Positions 46,531 to 56,440 of a stretch of 64,000 nt of DNA are shown here, piece after piece (positions within the stretch are counted from its first letter, which is position 1; each line of letters starts with the position of its first letter). The translations under genes and the position numbers were made by a program. The stretch covers positions 102,263-166,262 of the forward strand of contig CAVRQV010000015.1 in NCBI GenBank assembly GCA_963723475.1, given 5' to 3'. The notes below the pieces were generated by a model. The model did no database searches and was not told the DNA's origin. It was given only the letters and a program-made list of their open reading frames with translations. The DNA comes from an uncultured Actinomycetota bacterium (GTDB lineage Bacteria; Actinomycetota; Actinomycetes; Propionibacteriales; Propionibacteriaceae).

Positions 46531-46772
46531 TTCTGACCTCCCGGTATCAGCATGCACTGAGCGAGCCACTGAACAGCGGAAACCAAGCGCGATCCACAGC
46601 GACCAGGATTGCGCGCCGCTTCCTGGACGAGCGAGGGAGCAGACACGTTCTTCCGTCTGCGAGCGGGCGAGGAAGGGAGCGGCCTTCAAGCGCAATCCTC
46701 AGCGAGCGGAGCGAGCAATGAAAACGGAGCGAGCCATTGAACATCGGATCGCGCGCCGCCGTGCTGAAAAGT

Positions 46773-46880
46773 GAGCAGACACGCTTTTCGTCTGCGAACG
46801 AGCAGACACGCTTTTCGTCTGCGAACGAGCAGACACGCTTTTCGTCTGCGAACGAGCAGACACGCTTTTCGTCTGCGAAC
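46773..46880. repeat. Four perfect tandem 27-bp palindromic units within a composite repeat region (about 46555-46940)
   Basis: (GAGCAGACACGCTTTTCGTCTGCGAAC)x4; internal GCAGAC/GTCTGC stem; degenerate fifth copy at 46637. Confidence 0.95.
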
Positions 46881-46962
46881 GACGACGAAGTAGGCGGCTT
46901 CCCAGCGCGATCCGCAGCGAGCGGAGCGAGCCATTGAACACTGTGCTTGACTCGGCGACGTG

Positions 46963-47682
46963 ATGGACGCGGAGGCGGCGCACGCCGGCGAGCCACATTC
47001 CGACGGGCTGGCGAATCGGCTCAACTGGCTGCGGGCCGGCGTGCTGGGTGCCAATGACGGCATCGTCTCGGTGTCGGCGATTGCGGTTGGCGTTGCCGGG
47101 GCGACGCCACAACTCGAGCCGATTCTCACAGCATCTGTGGCAGGCCTGGTCGGCGGCGCGATTTCGATGGCGCTCGGGGAGTACGTGTCGGTGAGTAGCC
47201 AGCGGGACAGCGAGCGAGCACTGATCGCCAAGGAAGAGAGGGAGTTGGCGACGATGCCTCGCGAGGAGCTGGCCGAGCTCACCAAGCTGTATCAGAACAA
47301 GGGTCTGAGCCCGCAAACCGCACGCCAGGTAGCCGAGGAGTTGACCGCGAACGACGCCCTTGCGGCCCACCTGGATGTTGAACTGAATATCGACCAGGAG
47401 GACATCGTGAGCCCGTGGCGGGCCGCGTACGCCTCAGCCATCGCCTTTCTCGCAGGTGGCCTGTTGCCGATCTTGACCATCATCATCTTTCCCGCCACGT
47501 TGCGCATCCCTGCCACATTTGCCGCTGTCCTCATTGCCTTGGCGATCACGGGCGCAGCGGGCGGTTACCTGGGCGGCAGCCCACTGTTGCGCCCGACTGT
47601 TCGGGTTGTGGTGGGAGGGGCGATCGCTCTCGCAACGACCTTCCTCATCGGTCGTCTGCTGGGCACCACGGTGCTGGCCTAA
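46963..47682 (+). CDS. VIT1/CCC1 iron/manganese transporter
   Basis: LRAGVLGANDGIVS, SMALGEYVSVSSQRD, SPWRAA. Confidence 0.93.
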   Translation: MDAEAAHAGEPHSDGLANRLNWLRAGVLGANDGIVSVSAIAVGVAGATPQLEPILTASVAGLVGGAISMALGEYVSVSSQRDSERALIAKEERELATMPREELAELTKLYQNKGLSPQTARQVAEELTANDALAAHLDVELNIDQEDIVSPWRAAYASAIAFLAGGLLPILTIIIFPATLRIPATFAAVLIALAITGAAGGYLGGSPLLRPTVRVVVGGAIALATTFLIGRLLGTTVLA

Positions 47683-47774
47683 CTACGAAGCCAACATTTG
47701 CGGCCGGGTGCGTAAAGACGTCGCGGGCTGCGGTGGGCGTTCGGATGGTTAGGACCACTAATCCGCGGGCACTT

Positions 47775-48515
47775 CTAGGCGACGGCTCTCAGGCATCCGG
47801 CACGGGCGGCGTACGCGCGAGCCCGCCCCAGCAGAACTGTCAGGTCCGCTCGTTCCCCATCAAGCCGGTTCGATTCATACTCCGAGCCGGCAACCCGCAA
47901 CGCGGTAGCCAGCGCCCCTACGGCCTGAATGGCCGGATAGAGCCAGCCAGGTCCGCCAGCTCGACGATATCCCTGGAGCAGGTTCTCCATCAGGAGCTGC
48001 GGCATGGCGCGCCAGCGAGGCGACAGCCAGGCGATCGTGTCCGCGGCCGACGCAAGGTCCCATGCAGGATCTCCGAGGCCGGCGTCATCCAAGTCAACGA
48101 AGCTCACCCGCAACGCCGGTCGCTGTTCGACGATGACATTGGTCTCGTTCAGATTGCCGTGGATCCAGTGCTGCTCGGTCCAGCGGTCATCGACCTCACA
48201 TACCGCGGCACGGAGGTCGCGAGAGGATTCGTATGCCTCCAGGACTGTTGCGTAGCCCGACCGCAGTGCCGCGTCTCGCATCGAGGGGATCAGTCGCCGT
48301 GGGTTGAGTACCGCCGGCCGGGGAGCGAGCGGGGTCGCCGAGCGGCGTGTCGACATCGTGTGCAAGAGGGCGAGTGCTGTCCCCCAGGCCTGGCAGGTCG
48401 CGGCCAGTTCGGCAACGTTGCCCCGCTGCCGAGCAAGATCGACTCCGCCGATGCCGGGTTGAGTCAGCTGACCGAACCAGCTGGACTGGGCTAACAGTTC
48501 TCCAGGGGCGTACAT
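47775..48515 (-). CDS. APH/choline-kinase-like phosphotransferase with degenerate catalytic motif
   Basis: GTALALLH, IHGNLNETNV, FVDLDDAGLGDPAWDLA. Confidence 0.7.
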   Translation of the reverse strand: MYAPGELLAQSSWFGQLTQPGIGGVDLARQRGNVAELAATCQAWGTALALLHTMSTRRSATPLAPRPAVLNPRRLIPSMRDAALRSGYATVLEAYESSRDLRAAVCEVDDRWTEQHWIHGNLNETNVIVEQRPALRVSFVDLDDAGLGDPAWDLASAADTIAWLSPRWRAMPQLLMENLLQGYRRAGGPGWLYPAIQAVGALATALRVAGSEYESNRLDGERADLTVLLGRARAYAARAGCLRAVA

Positions 48516-48705
48516 CGCAACGTCCGAGCTCCTCGTGCTGTCGTGCTGTCCATGAGGACCACTACTTGATCAGAGGACGCGCCGCTCATCCGTGATACGG
48601 CTGAGACCGGCACCCCTAACCTGAGTTCGATACCGACTTGAGGAGGTTTGGGACAACCAGGCAGGCTGGACGCCTAGCTCCTGACGACAGATGGAAAGGT
48701 GAACG

Positions 48706-49320
48706 ATGGTCGAACGGACGGTGCCCGCCCGCCCCGGCTGGGCCGCATTGATCATGCTGCTGCTGCTCGCTGGGCTGTGGGTCGTGGAGCTTCTTGATCA
48801 GCTGAGCGGGAACCAGTTAGACCAACTGGGCATTCACGCTCGTGAGATTGATGGCATGCCGGAGATTCTCACTGCACCCTTCCTGCATGCTGGCTGGGAT
48901 CACCTGATCAGCAACTCGCTGCCATTCCTGGTGCTCGGATTCCTGGTGCTCCTCAGCGGGCTGGCCCGGTGGCTGGTCGCCTCGCTGATCATCATTGTCA
49001 TCTCGGGGCTCACAGCCTGGTTCCTCACGCCGGCCAACACGATCATCCTCGGTGCCAGCGGACTCATCTTTGGCTGGTTGACCTACCTGCTGGCGCGCGG
49101 TCTCTGGTCACGCCGCCCGGGGCAGGTGGTCGTTGCAGTGCTTGTGCTGCTCGTGTACGGCGGGCTCATCTGGGGCGTCTTCCCTGGCAGCGCCGGGATC
49201 AGTTGGCAAGCCCACCTGGGCGGCGCTATCGCCGGCGTACTGGCGGCCTGGCTGTTGCATCGTCGGGCTAGCCGACAAGCCGTGCCGGCAGCGCCGATCC
49301 GCCGCTACCCCAGTTACTGA
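48706..49320 (+). CDS. Rhomboid-family intramembrane serine protease
   Basis: PFLH...HLISN, GASG, AHLGG. Confidence 0.9.
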   Translation: MVERTVPARPGWAALIMLLLLAGLWVVELLDQLSGNQLDQLGIHAREIDGMPEILTAPFLHAGWDHLISNSLPFLVLGFLVLLSGLARWLVASLIIIVISGLTAWFLTPANTIILGASGLIFGWLTYLLARGLWSRRPGQVVVAVLVLLVYGGLIWGVFPGSAGISWQAHLGGAIAGVLAAWLLHRRASRQAVPAAPIRRYPSY

Positions 49321-49336
49321 GTCACAGCCGCGCCGG

Positions 49337-50441
49337 TCAGTGCCATAGCCGATAGAACCGGAAGAAGGCAAAGTCCTCGATAGGCAGCACCTCAACCGAG
49401 GCGAACCCGGCTCGTGTCGCGTAATCGGTGAGTACGGATTGGCGCATCACGGTACCGGTGCCCTCCGATGGCGCCGTAGACAATCCGTCGGGCAGGCAAA
49501 TCAGAGTGCTGTACCCGTACATCACTTGCTCCACCGGGTCGCCAGGTGCGGTGAAATCCTCGGCGACCGCCTCGTCCATGATCACGACCAGGCCGTCGGG
49601 ACGGACCGCATCGTGGATCGTATCGACGGCTCGTCCACATCGACGCCAAGTACGGTCGCCGACGGGTAGGCGCGAGCAAGCGCGATCGTCGACCAGCCGG
49701 CGCCGCAACCGATATCAACAATCCGGGCGCCGGAGATGCGGAGAACACGGTCGATCTGCGGCACGGAGGCGAGGAACGGTGCCAGCGCGGATTCGAACCA
49801 CGGCCGATTCAGGGCGGCCTGGGAGTAGCGCGCATTGTCTCCAAGTTCGGCCCAGCTCACTCCGCCGCCGCTGCGGTAGGCCTGCTGTAGTTCGTCCAGC
49901 CGGGCGCCGACCGCCACGAGCATCTGAGGCAGCGCACCTTAGTGTCGTGTCTCCTAAGTCTCTTTGCGGTTCGCGCCGCCCAGGCACGCACCTCGCGGCG
50001 TTCTCCTCGGTCGACATACGACCCGGTATCCCTCCCTCGTCGGCCTTGCGATCCACGCACCTGAACGACGCCACCCGCAAAGGAACTCAGGAGACACGAC
50101 ACTAGATAGTTCAGGCTTTAGCGGACGGTCAGCGCCTCCGCCGCTCCCGCCGACAGGGCGTACCGGCGCCGCCGCCGGTTGCCTGCCCCGTCATCGAGGA
50201 CGATGAGGTTGCCATAAACGGCCATCATCTCCAGCCACTCGATCGCGTAGCGCTGCTGGGTGTTGGTGCGCTCGGCAAGCTCAGCTGCATTCGCCGACGC
50301 CTCCGCCAGCGCATCGAACCAGCCCAGGCGGTCGCCGAGGTACAGGTTGAAAGTCTCCATGGTGCCAAGAGCGGCTCTGAAGACCTTGTCGGCGAATCCC
50401 TCGGCGGTCTGGCTGGCGATGGATTGCGATGCCGTCGTCAT
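49337..50441 (-). pseudogene. Winged-helix / class I SAM-dependent methyltransferase pseudogene
   Basis: YLGDRLG, EWLE, AYRSGGGVSW, DIGCGAGWS, GTVMR fragments; in-frame TAA at 50118, MITE insertion, internal deletion near 49620. Confidence 0.85.
49940..50104. mobile_element. MITE-like non-autonomous element (about 165 bp)
   Basis: Terminal inverted repeats TAGTGTCGTGTCTCCT / AGGAGACACGACACTA (16 bp perfect, 27/30 when extended); interrupts the SLNYL|GALPQM coding sequence. Confidence 0.88.
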
Positions 50442-50587
50442 TCCATTCCCTCCCTGCTGCAGGTCGACGATGTCTGCGCGCGCCGCGCGCGGATTGGCCT
50501 GGTCGTGCGGGCCACGAACACTGACAGCTACGGTGGAGCAGCCGGTGACAGTGCGGCACCCGCTGATGCGCTCGAGAAAGGACTCCT

Positions 50588-51584
50588 GTGCCCGATCCGA
50601 TCACGGTGGCGGTCCTTGGATTCTGGCACGTGCATGCGACCGAGTACGCCGGGCAGGTACGCCAGCACCCAGACACCGAGCTGGTCGCCGTGTGGGATGA
50701 CGATCCTGCGCGCGGGCAGGCATCCGCGGAGGCCGTCGAGGCGCGACTTCGTCGACGACCTCGACGACCTGCTCACCCGCGACGACATCGACGCCGTCAC
50801 CGTCACCACTGCGACCAGCGCGCATCGCGCGATCATGCTCCGTGCGGCACAAGCTGGAAAGCACATCTTCACCGAGAAGCTTCTGGCGCCGACGGTCACG
50901 GAGGCCGAGGAGATCATTGGCGTGGCCGATGAGACCGACTCCGTTTTGGTGGTGTCACTTCCGCGGCTGTACCACGGATACACCCGGGCGATTGTCCAAG
51001 AGCTCGAGGAGGAGCAACTCGGCGAGCTGACCTATTGTCGAATCCGGCTGTCTCACGATGGAGCGATCGCCGGCTGGCTGCCGGAACGGTTCTATGACCC
51101 GGCGGCTGCCGTGGGCGGCGCGCTCAGCGATCTCGGATGCCATCCGGTTTACCTCACCCAGCTATTCCTCGGTCCCCTCCCGGCGAGCGTGAGCGCCACG
51201 TACACCTCGTTCACCAAACGCCAGGTCGAGGACCAGGCGGTCGTGACACTCGGATACCCGGGTGGCGCGATCGGTGTCGTCGAAACCGGATTCCTGAGCC
51301 GTGACCCGTTCACCATCGAGATGCACGGCACCAAGGCCAGCCTGGCTTACGAAAGCACCGAAAACTCGCTCCGGATGCGCAAGGCCGGAGCGGACACCTG
51401 GGAGTCGCTGGCGGTGCCTCCGAATGAGGCTAACGCGTTCAGTCAGTGGGTGACCCACATCCGCGACGGGACGCGAGCCGATGACAATCTGACCCGGGCG
51501 GTCGAGCTCACCCGCCTCGTCTCAACGGCCAACACCGCGGCAGCCACGGGCATGACAGTGCGCCTTCCGGAGGGTGCAGCGTGA
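50588..51584 (+). CDS. Gfo/Idh/MocA oxidoreductase (frameshift near 50740)
   Basis: VAVLGFWHVHA, AGKHIFTEK, GGALSDLGCHP. Confidence 0.88.
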
Positions 51585-52604
51585 GCAAGATCAAAGTTGG
51601 GCTCATCGGCGGTGGTGGCATCGTGGACGCCCATATCCGCGGCTATCGCGCCTACGCCGATGCGATCGAGGTGACCGCCGTAGCCGATGTGGTCGAGGAG
51701 ACCGCACGCCAGCGCGCGGCTGAGCTCGGTGCGGCGGCATACACCGATTTTCGGCAGATGATCATCGAGGCAGACCTCGACGCCGTCGACATCTGCTTGC
51801 CGCACCACCTGCACGCCGAGGCCATCGTGGCCGCTGCTCAGGCAGGAAAGCACATCTTGTGCGAGAAACCGCTCTGCCTCACCATCCAGCAGGCAGACCA
51901 AGTGCAGCGGGCGGTCAGCGCAGCAGGTGTCACCTTGATGTGCGCTCACAACCAGCTCTTTCTGCCAGCGGTCAGCAACGCAAGGCAGCTGCTGGATCAG
52001 GGCATCCTCGGCACTGTCTACGAGGTTCGCACAACGGATAGTTTCTACAACGACTTCAACCCGCAGAACATGGGCTGGCGCGCGAACGCTGCCACCAGTG
52101 GGGGCGGCGAACTGATGGACACGGGCTACCACCCCACCTACCTGATGCTCCACTTGGCGGGAGGATCGCCAGGCGGAGGCCACCGCGCTACTGTCTCGGC
52201 ACCGGTTGCGCTTCATGGATAGCGAGGATTCAGCTCAGGTGCTGGTCCGCTTCGACAACGGGGTTGTCGGCCACCTAGTTACGAGCTGGGCGTACGACCC
52301 GCCGCCGGGCACCGAGAGATTCTCAGTCGTCGGCGAGCTTGGCTCGCTGCACAGCGATGGAAGGTCGCTGACCCTCACCTTGCGCGGATCGAGCAGCCGG
52401 ACCTACGACTTCGAGGACGTGGACACCTATGTGTCCGAAATCGGACACTTCGCTCAGTGCTTGCGCTCCGGCACACGTCCGCTCCACACCGAACAGGAGG
52501 GTATCGATGTGCTCTGCCTCATCCTCGCGGCCTACCAGGGTGCACGTAGTCGGACGATTGAGCCCGTTCTCAGGCGTTCCGAGCTGGGCAAGTCAGGCCG
52601 GTAA
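51581..52604 (+). CDS. Gfo/Idh/MocA oxidoreductase (frameshift near 52175)
   Basis: VGLIGGGGI, AGKHILCEKP, GGGELMDTGYH, EDSA. Confidence 0.88.
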
Positions 52605-52641
52605 AACACTCGTGCCTCCCACCAGAGGCGAGAGGCACGAG
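52603..52641 (-). terminator. Intrinsic terminator (minus strand)
   Basis: CTCGTGCCTC...GAGGCACGAG 10-bp stem followed by TGTTTT on the minus strand. Confidence 0.7.
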
Positions 52642-52790
52642 CACATTCCCCGAGCGTGAGCGGCCGTGGGCCAAACAGTGAGTGCTCTACTCGCTGACGG
52701 CGAAGCACGTTTTGCGTACCTCACCGGCAACATGAAGACCACTCACCCGACCACACCCCGACGTTCCCTCCCCCATAGAGGAACGTTCAA
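52603..52790 (-). ncRNA. Candidate structured small RNA (unassigned)
   Basis: Long hairpin whose mismatches become G-U pairs only on the minus strand, plus a 5' hairpin and a 3' terminator; 5' end unknown. Confidence 0.4.
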
Positions 52791-53012
52791 GATGAACGCT
52801 GTCGAAGGGCGATGCCCGTCATTTGTTGGCTAACCAACTCCTGACACAGCAAGAAATTAGCGGGACCGCCAAAATGTGTCGACCCCTTGTTGCCTTTTTG
52901 TCACCTTCTGGACATGTCAAAAAGCGGACATTGGACGGGATCTGGGTTACCTGACGAAACAAGCCCCCCGCTGACTCTTGTTGCATGGCGGGGACAACGC
53001 TACAACAATTCG

Positions 53013-56000
53013 CTAGCCACCGAGAAGTCCCCGTATCTCTTCAGCCGTCAGGCCCGCACCAGCCAACGCTTCGCTGTCCACGACAGATGCGAACAGTTCC
53101 TCTTTGCGAGCCTTCAGATCCATGACCTTCTGCTCGATGGTGTCTTTTGCCACCAGCCGGTAGACCATGACGGTCTTCGTCTGGCCGATCCGATGCGTAC
53201 GATCCACCGCCTGAGCTTCCGTGGCCGGGTTCCACCACGGATCGAGCACGAAGCAGTAGTCGGCCTCGGCGAGATTGAGACCAAAGCCGCCTGCCTTCAG
53301 GCTGATCAGGAAGACCGATGCGGCCTTGTCCCGGAACCGTTGGATAACCCGGTCGCGGTTTCGAGTCCGCCCATCGAGGTAGGCGTACGAGATGTCCGAC
53401 TCGGCCAGACGCGCTCGGATTCTGCTCAAGAACGTCGTGAATTGGCTAAAGACCAGCGCCTGGTGGCCTTCACCGACCAACTCGCTCAGGTCCTCCAGTA
53501 ACACCTCGACCTTTGCAGCCGGCACATGGGCGTGAGCGTCGTCGATCAACGCCGGATCAAGGCTGAGCCGGCGCAGCAGGGTCAGCGACCTGAGCACCGT
53601 GAACCGATTGCGATCAAGATCCTCGATCAGTCCCAGGACTTTCTGCCGCTCGCGCTGCAGATGCGTCTGGTAGATCCGCCGGTGTTTGGGGTGCAACTCG
53701 ACCTCGACAACCTGCTCCTGCTTCGGCGGCAGCTCGGATGCGACATTCTCCTTGGTGCGGCGCAGCATCAGCGGGCGGATTCTCCGGCGCAGCTGGCGCA
53801 GTCGAGTGGCGTCCCTGTTGCGCTCGATCGGTCGCCGGTAGTACTCCGAGAAGCGATCTGGATCTGGGAAGAGCCCTGGGGCAGTGATCGACAGTAGCGC
53901 CCAGAGGTCCATCAGGCTGTTTTCCAAGGGTGTGCCGGTAATGGCCAGCTTGAAAGGGGCCGCAATGCGGCGGGCGTACTGGTAGGTCTTGGCCCGGTGG
54001 TTCTTCACGAACTGTGCCTCGTCGAGCAGCAGCCCGGACCAATCCAGCTCGGTCAGCTTGTCATTGTCGATCCGCAGCAGCGAATAGGAGGTGATCACCA
54101 GGTCAGCTGCGGCGACAGCTTCGCCGCTCGGCGAGCCCCGCTTGGCTTCAGATTCGGTCAGGCACACCACGCGGAGGTCAGGCGCGAACCGGGCCGCTTC
54201 ACTCAACCAGTTCGAGACCACGCTGGTCGGCGCCACGACGAGGAAAGGCGGCTGCTCTGGACAGACCATCCGGGCATGACAGATGAGCGCGAGCGCTTGG
54301 AGGGTTTTGCCAAGACCCATATCGTCGGCGAGGATGCCGCCCAGTTGATGGGTCCACAGGAAGCACAGCCAGCGGTATCCACCGAGCTGGTACGGCCGAA
54401 GCTTGGCCCGTAAGGTCTCTGGAGGCTCGACATCCTCGATCGAGGAGACGTCGATCAGGCCGCGGACCGCTTGCTCCCAGCGAGCCGACTGGTCAATGGC
54501 CACACCCAGGTTCGTCAGGTCGTCCCACAGGCTTGCCTGGAACCGGTTGATGCTCAGCTCGGGGCGGTGCCGATCCTGCAAAACCTTGGACTCCTCGATC
54601 AGGGCTCGCAGTTGGGCAAATTCTGGTCGATCCAAGGAGAAATAGACCCCGGTCTCCAAGATCAAAAAGTCCTGGTCCTGGGTCAGCGCGACGAACAGAT
54701 CCTCGAAGGGAACCGCCTCGCCATCGATGGCGACCTTGATGTGCAGGTCGAACCAGTCGGCGGAGTCGGCACGCTCCACGGCCGCCACCTGAACGGTTGG
54801 CGGAGAGCTGGTCCTGCGATATTCGCGCACCTCCCCTTCGAGCCTGACCAAGACCCCGGCAGGCGCCAGCTGTGGCAGCACCTGCTCAACGAACTGCAAC
54901 GCCGCCACGCCGTCCAGCAGCACGTGCGCAGCCGGCTGTTGCGGCACTGCCTTGCCGCGATCTGCCAGCTGCGGAAGGTCCGCGTACGGCAGCGGCAGCG
55001 CCGCCAGCTTGCGCTGCTCCTCCGCCAGGTCACGGACGCTCTGTGACTCTGGCGGGTCGTCAATCGCGTACGTCGTGCTGCGCTCAGGGCCGTCGTACTG
55101 CACGATCCAGTCAAGGCGCACCCGATGCTCGGGCCGGAAGTGCACGACCAGGCCCACCGTCGGCTCGATGTAGTCGGGAAGCCGAACGGATCGGTCGGCG
55201 GAGGTGATGGTCATCTTCTGACGTAGCCGCGGGATGAAGTCGGTCAAGAAGCGAGCCTCGTCGTCGGCCGGAATCAGGAGTGAATGAGGATCCACCACGA
55301 GCTGCCGCAGTTCGCGGCTCAGCAGCTGATCCAGCCGCGCCACGATCAGCTCCTGCACGCCCGCGACGTCCTCGCCAACGTGGAAGACTCCGTGCGCGGG
55401 ATCGCCGAGGACGCCGACTGCGGACAGTTCGAGCTCGCGATCATCGAGCAGGACTCGGGGACCGACCAGCACTCCGACGGCTGGATCGCGGCGCACGTCC
55501 AAGATCACCGACGCACGCTGCTTGGTGCGGAGCGGGCCGAGGAGGGGTTTCGCGGCAAGGATCGTCAGACCAACAGTGGCCGCCTGGTCGAGCAACCCCC
55601 AGAAGGCACTGCTGACGGTGCCGAGCGAAAGCCAGGCGCTGCGCGGCAGGGCGTAACGCGCGCTCGCGCCAGCGGCTGCGCGGAACTGCAGCAACAACTC
55701 GCGCTGCTCAGCCACGTACGAGCGCGCGACGAAATCGAGATCATCCCAGGAAATCCCCGACCGAACCCAGCCGCCGCTGCGGCTGCGTCGTGCCGGCCGG
55801 ATGCGCAGATCCTGCCGCCCGAGGTAGCCGCGAAACGCGGGAATCCGCTCAACACCGAACTCCAGCGCCAAAGGGGCGACATCCGCGGGAAGTACCGGCG
55901 GCGCGGCAGCAAGAAGCTTGTCGAGCGTCCTCTCCCACTCGGGTCGTTCGACCGTTGGGCCGGCGACGAGATGGCGAGCGACGATGAGCACAGCGGCCGC

Positions 56001-56279
56001 GTGTTTGCAGTCGATCCCAACGGGACAGCTGCACTGGCTGCGATAGACGCTGACCGAGCCGGATCGTGAGCTGGCCAAGAACACAGTGACGGCGTAGTCG
56101 TCTCGTACGGTGCCCTTGACCCGGCCAGTGACGATCAGCGCTTCGGCATCGAAGTTGACGTCGTAGACGTGCCCCGATTTGGCGTAGACCATCGCTCTGG
56201 CGAAGGCCTCGTGGCCCACCATCTGGATGATCGCTTCATGACTCAGAAGCGAATTCCACGACGCCACCACGCCTTGCAC
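53013..56279 (-). CDS. SWIM zinc-finger SNF2-family helicase
   Basis: CSCPVGIDCKHAAA; LRPYQ, LADDMGLGKT, DEAQ, TGTPLEN, SLKAGGFGLNL, DRTHRIGQ. Confidence 0.95.
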   Translation of the reverse strand: MQGVVASWNSLLSHEAIIQMVGHEAFARAMVYAKSGHVYDVNFDAEALIVTGRVKGTVRDDYAVTVFLASSRSGSVSVYRSQCSCPVGIDCKHAAAVLIVARHLVAGPTVERPEWERTLDKLLAAAPPVLPADVAPLALEFGVERIPAFRGYLGRQDLRIRPARRSRSGGWVRSGISWDDLDFVARSYVAEQRELLLQFRAAAGASARYALPRSAWLSLGTVSSAFWGLLDQAATVGLTILAAKPLLGPLRTKQRASVILDVRRDPAVGVLVGPRVLLDDRELELSAVGVLGDPAHGVFHVGEDVAGVQELIVARLDQLLSRELRQLVVDPHSLLIPADDEARFLTDFIPRLRQKMTITSADRSVRLPDYIEPTVGLVVHFRPEHRVRLDWIVQYDGPERSTTYAIDDPPESQSVRDLAEEQRKLAALPLPYADLPQLADRGKAVPQQPAAHVLLDGVAALQFVEQVLPQLAPAGVLVRLEGEVREYRRTSSPPTVQVAAVERADSADWFDLHIKVAIDGEAVPFEDLFVALTQDQDFLILETGVYFSLDRPEFAQLRALIEESKVLQDRHRPELSINRFQASLWDDLTNLGVAIDQSARWEQAVRGLIDVSSIEDVEPPETLRAKLRPYQLGGYRWLCFLWTHQLGGILADDMGLGKTLQALALICHARMVCPEQPPFLVVAPTSVVSNWLSEAARFAPDLRVVCLTESEAKRGSPSGEAVAAADLVITSYSLLRIDNDKLTELDWSGLLLDEAQFVKNHRAKTYQYARRIAAPFKLAITGTPLENSLMDLWALLSITAPGLFPDPDRFSEYYRRPIERNRDATRLRQLRRRIRPLMLRRTKENVASELPPKQEQVVEVELHPKHRRIYQTHLQRERQKVLGLIEDLDRNRFTVLRSLTLLRRLSLDPALIDDAHAHVPAAKVEVLLEDLSELVGEGHQALVFSQFTTFLSRIRARLAESDISYAYLDGRTRNRDRVIQRFRDKAASVFLISLKAGGFGLNLAEADYCFVLDPWWNPATEAQAVDRTHRIGQTKTVMVYRLVAKDTIEQKVMDLKARKEELFASVVDSEALAGAGLTAEEIRGLLGG

Positions 56280-56440
56280 CTTAGTCGCGGGTACTCACAG
56301 AACTGGTCCTTGGAGGGCCGGCGCCCCGACCCGCGGAACGAGCTGTCAGGCCTGGGTGGGACAGTAAGTCGACAGCGTCATCTCAGGCGCCGGTTTTGAG
56401 GTTCCGAATCGGCCCAACACAGCGACATAGGGAGAATCAC

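Noticed and set aside
46773-46880. CRISPR array
   Set aside because: The 27-bp palindromic units are directly adjacent with no spacers, and no cas genes are present
46547-46996. ORFs with SFADEKRVC / SQTKSVSAR peptide repeats as RiPP precursors
   Set aside because: The units are identical at DNA level with no synonymous variation, are palindromic, belong to a dispersed DNA repeat family and have no modifying enzyme nearby; the 27-nt period simply keeps several frames open
52730-52835. Small ORFs in the intergenic gap (e.g. MKTTHPTTPRR...) and a 6C RNA assignment
   Set aside because: No RBS or coding-like codon bias; only one C-rich loop rather than two
53013-56279. SNF2 helicase as part of a phage-defence island
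   Set aside because: Solitary SWIM-SNF2 gene without neighbouring methylase, nuclease or other defence genes
56271-56294. SigB/SigF-type promoter (GGGTAC) for the repeat-peptide operon
   Set aside because: No convincing -35 element at the expected spacing
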